Origin: Hypanus sabinus | Taxonomy: Eukaryota | Reading direction: 5' to 3' | DNA length: 64,000 bases | NCBI RefSeq assembly: GCF_030144855.1 | Contig: NC_082713.1 | Coordinates: forward strand, 34,844,001 to 34,908,000 | Made by a program: the position numbers and the translations under genes | Shown here: piece by piece, positions 60,201 to 64,000 of the stretch | How the letters are laid out: each line of letters starts with the position of its first letter | Position numbering within the stretch: the stretch's first letter is position 1 | The notes under the pieces: generated by a model | What the model was told of the DNA's origin: nothing | Database searches by the model: none | Seen by the model: only the letters and a program-made list of their open reading frames with translations

Positions 60201-62047
60201 AATAATGATGCAGATGAAGCACTTCATAACTCTACAGAATGTAGAATATGTGAGGGAATAGTAGGATAGTGGCCATCAAATTCCTTGAGGAGGAACTTAT
60301 ATTAGCATTTGCCTTCCTTATCTTAATTCATTTGGAAAAGGGAACCAAAGACAAGATGCTGCTGTTAGCTGCCAGAAACCAATTGCATGATATTTTGCTG
60401 CTTGTTTCCTTGATCACAATTATGACTTTTGTCTTCCATGTTTATGTATTTTAATAATTATATGAACAATTATTTCTTTATGAAATAATAAACCATATTA
60501 TTCTGCAGCCCGATGGTTAGATTAAAAATTCAAAACCATACAGTGATTTGTTCTGGAGCGGCCTGATAAGAATAAAGTTGTGAAAATATAAAAATTATGA
60601 GATTATACCTGGTGATTCATTATGAAACAACTTATGATATCCTGAGGTGATGAAGGTTAGGCAGGAGAAAACCTGATGGATTTTCACGCCTTATTTGCTA
60701 ATAGTTGAAAAAATATTCATTTGCATAAACTACTGAAGAACATTTCTTGAATTACAAACTTCAGAAAAGCAAGGGAAGACACCAGAAATTGGAAGAGAAA
60801 GAGTGGTGTGGGAAGAAACATATATGACATTTGGCAAGCATATCAATACTGTTACTGTTGAAGGGAAAATTCTTCCCTTTATGAATGATGTTTATCTGCG
60901 TTTCCAAAACATAGCCCTCAGCCTGAATTCTTTATAACAATACCACAAGAGCAATGAACAGAGGCAACTTGGAAACTCAAATGAATGATGTAAACCCACT
61001 GGTAATAATCTTACAGAACCAAATGTTTGAATTTTGCTGAGAGTACAATTAAACTGTCCAAGCCTTGACAGCTTCATGTCACTCTGCCTCTTCAGGTGAA
61101 TTCTTATTTGATTTTGAAAACTATTTTGTTTCAGTTTTGATCTTTCGATGGTACAAACTGTTGCTCACTTCTCATTCTAGTCTCCAGTTGGTCTTCCAGC
61201 ACTTCAGCGAACTAACAATCTTACTAAGGTGGGTGGACAGGACTCTCACAGGGGAAGGCAGGATTGCTGCATAACATGCCCTGCTTACCTATTGCCCACA
61301 ACTTGCCTTTACTGAAATGGGTTCACTGAACAGGATTTGAGTTCAACCTTCCCTTTCAACTCCTCCTCGCACCTTGCCCTCCATCATCTCGTTTCACTCG
61401 CCACCACCTACAGCAATGTCCAACTGCATGTAAGCTAAGATTGGTTAAATCCACAATGTCCAGGCAACAAATCTGGGAAGCTAAATTCTCTATGTAAGAT
61501 ATTAGGGAAGGAAATGTGAACCACAAATCTTAGTCCTGAGAACTGGCTAGCTAACCCTGTTGCAGAGCGGCGTGCAAGTATACCAATCACAGGTTTATGC
61601 TTGACTTCATCAGCCTCAACGTGGAAGTGTATGCTGATCCTCACTTTGCAGAATCAGACACAAAAAATGGACACTTCGCTCAGAGACCCCTACACTTGCA
61701 CAAGGAATCTTACATCAGGATAAGAAGGGAAGAAAATAAAAATTAATGCAAATTTAAGATGTGGACCAAACTATAAGCTATAATGTGTGACGATTGGTAA
61801 TGGAATATACTGTAAGTCTGGTTCACTGGTTCATTGGTGCCACTGATGGCGGGTGAGCTGAACTGACTCCATTGTGTGAGGACCAGGCTGAAACTGCCCA
61901 GGAGAGGAGATGCCAGGGCAGTGTGTGGGAGTCTCTGTGGGACGCACCGGAATCTGTACTAAGTTGGGTCCTGACCCCTCATATTGGTGCTGCTCCCCAG
62001 TGTTCACTCAGTAGAAGAACAAGCTGGACCGGGAGAGTGCAGTCATA

Positions 62048-62240
62048 GCACAAAATGCTGGAGGAATTCAGCATCTAGGAAAAAGGTACAGCTGACATGT
62101 CAGACTGAAACCCTCTGGCAGGACGACCCGCGACATTGATTCTACTCTTTTCCTAGATGCTGCCTGGCCTGCTGAGTTCTGCCAGCATTTTCTGTGTGTT
62201 GCTCCGATTTCCAGCATTTGCAGATCTCTCTTGTTTGTTA
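62048..62240. mobile_element. Fold-back PLE-pLTR unit
   Basis: cacaaaatgctggaggaattcagcatctaggaaaaa / tttcctagatgctgc...ccagcattttctgtgtg arms. Confidence 0.75.
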
Positions 62241-63059
62241 TTAGTATGCAGTCATGCCACTCAGGGACATGGGCTATATATATTTTTTTCTTTGTGACTG
62301 TATGTTTTTCTGAAATCGTTACTATATACACTACTTGTGCTTTGTGCTACGTGATGGTAACGTGTGTTGCACCATGGCCCCGAAACAATGCTGTTTGGTT
62401 GTCTATATTCCTAAATCGCGGAATGGTAATTAAGCTGAAACTTGAATTTGAACTTAAACTTGATTTTGAAAAAGAAAACTTTCATGGACATCCACATAAC
62501 ATCTGTTCATTTTGAGAGATTTTTATGATCTGATTGATAGCAAAGTCACCATTCTCATCTTGTACTTTCCAATCAATTTTCTTAAACCTTAGGAATGTTA
62601 ATGACAGAGTATATTGCATTGATAGGCAAAGCCCATCAAACATCTCTTTTTATATGAAGTGCTATTCAGGAACATTAAGCTTCTTCCTATCCCACATTGA
62701 GGACAGCTTGAATGAATTACACTCGATCTAAAAATCATTTGTTTAATCTGTGTCATTAATATATTTAGGGGGATAATTTCTACAAAATTAAACTCAGATG
62801 ATTAACCCATTTTCACTAATTTCAATCTAGGCATCTTTCCAAATCTGCTACTCATGTTGTTCATGAATTCATTGCCTCAGCAGTTTGCCCAATATTCTGA
62901 GTGGTTAACACCACTTAAAGCTGGATTGCATTACATAAATCCTGTGCACTGTTACTGCTGGTACCAAGAGGCACTATGTGAATCGTTCTGATTGGGTAAC
63001 ATTGAAGAATAGGATAGCATATGACCGAATGGACTCAGGAGCTCAACTTTAAGATAAAG

Positions 63060-63430
63060 AGTACAAGACCATAACAAGCTCTTCAGCCCATGTTGTTGTG
63101 ATGAACTAATCAAACTAGTAATTTAATGTCTAACAAGACTAGCCCCACTGCCTGCACAATGTCTATATTACTCCATTCTCTCAAGATTCATGTGCCTATG
63201 GAAGATACTCCTAAACACCTCTATTATATTAGCAACCTCTGTCAATGTATTCTATCTATGCCTCTCATAATCTTATAAACTATCCAGTATCCCCTCCATC
63301 TTCATTGCTCCAGAGTAGGACCTTGTTCAACCTTTCCTCATAGCACATATCTTTGAGTCCAAGCAGCAACCTAGCAAACCTCTTCTTCGCCCTCTTGAAA
63401 ACCTCTACATCTTTCCTTTACATCCTCCAG
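63060..63430 (-). mobile_element. Old CR1 3' end
   Basis: cttcagcccatgttgttgtg; tctatctatgcctctcataatcttata; caagcagcaacctagcaaacctc. Confidence 0.65.
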
Positions 63431-64000
63431 AGCTTTTGAAGATCCTTGTGGAGGAAGTGCAACATAGGATAAATGTATGAATCCCTCATAGACCAGGATA
63501 CTCTACTATAGCACACACTATAAATTAGTGGAGCGTAGGCAATGTTGACAAGGACACCATTTTGTAGCTATCCTTAAGTGTGATGTTAAGTACTAGAAAT
63601 AATTTGCCAAGTATTTTGGTGAATAGTGCTAATGCATCCTCTTACACTTGTCATTGCTGATTATTCTACTCCCGTATCTCACAGTTGATGCATATCACCT
63701 TTCAGACAAGGTGAACTGGTTTTGGTCTGATACTGGTCCTTGCTACCTCCTGTCTGCACCAACCATCACTTATCTGAGCCAACTGTGGCCATGTGTACAT
63801 ACAAAGGTCATATGATGAGACTTATCAACTCAGTGACCAATAGGCCAAAGTAGTCATCTGCTAAGACCTACCTCTAGAAAACAATTTACTGAATTTGACA
63901 GGTGAGAGGAGCTTCAACTTTTGTCAAAGTAGGAAGATTTATTTTATGACTTTATTCAGAAATGTATTCAGGCAGTTAGAAATCATTTAAAAAAATGAAA

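Noticed and set aside
60480-60720. Possible conserved non-coding element
   Set aside because: Unique-looking, but no supporting signal is visible without an alignment.
61784-62047. Possible short solo LTR (tgtgac...gtcata)
   Set aside because: Terminal match is imperfect, there is no clear poly(A) signal, and a TSD cannot be verified because a PLE unit abuts the right end.
15135-62240. Recurring GATGCTGCCTGGCCTGCTG / 'IDAAWPA' peptide as a protein family or CRISPR-like repeat
   Set aside because: Dispersed in both orientations with no regular spacers; it is the PLE terminal repeat translated by chance.
59062-64000. Additional upstream TENM1 exon
   Set aside because: No teneurin-like reading frame seen; the preceding exon, like the large exon after 6277, must lie outside the window.

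Overview
Eukaryotic (vertebrate) genomic DNA, AT-rich and CpG-depleted. The repeat set suggests a cartilaginous fish, probably a ray; this is inference. The window lies inside a teneurin-1 (TENM1) gene on the minus strand. Four consecutive coding exons (59061-58551, 26921-26749, 19121-18886, 6573-6277) have AG/GT boundaries and matching phases, and encode the end of the NHL region and the start of the YD-repeat shell. The introns are a layered transposon landscape: many CR1 LINEs (two young), Rex1/Babar LINEs, V-SINEs, an IR/DR Tc1 transposon, a mariner-type MITE with nested TIRs, two solo LTRs with clean TSDs, Gypsy pol fragments and a decayed Helitron. The strongest signals are: (i) at least 12 copies of a Penelope-like element (PLE) terminal repeat carrying a minimal type-I hammerhead ribozyme motif (CTGANGA-A-stem II-GAAA-C[G]-TC), often as ~200-bp fold-back units, with TSDs and 5' breakpoints clustered at the ribozyme; and (ii) a Helitron with a tail-to-head junction (CTAG directly followed by a second 5' end) that ends in a perfect 42-bp palindrome. 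No prokaryotic genes, rRNA, intact tRNA genes or CRISPR arrays were seen. Most ORFs in the supplied track are repeat-derived or spurious. Boundaries of old repeats are approximate.
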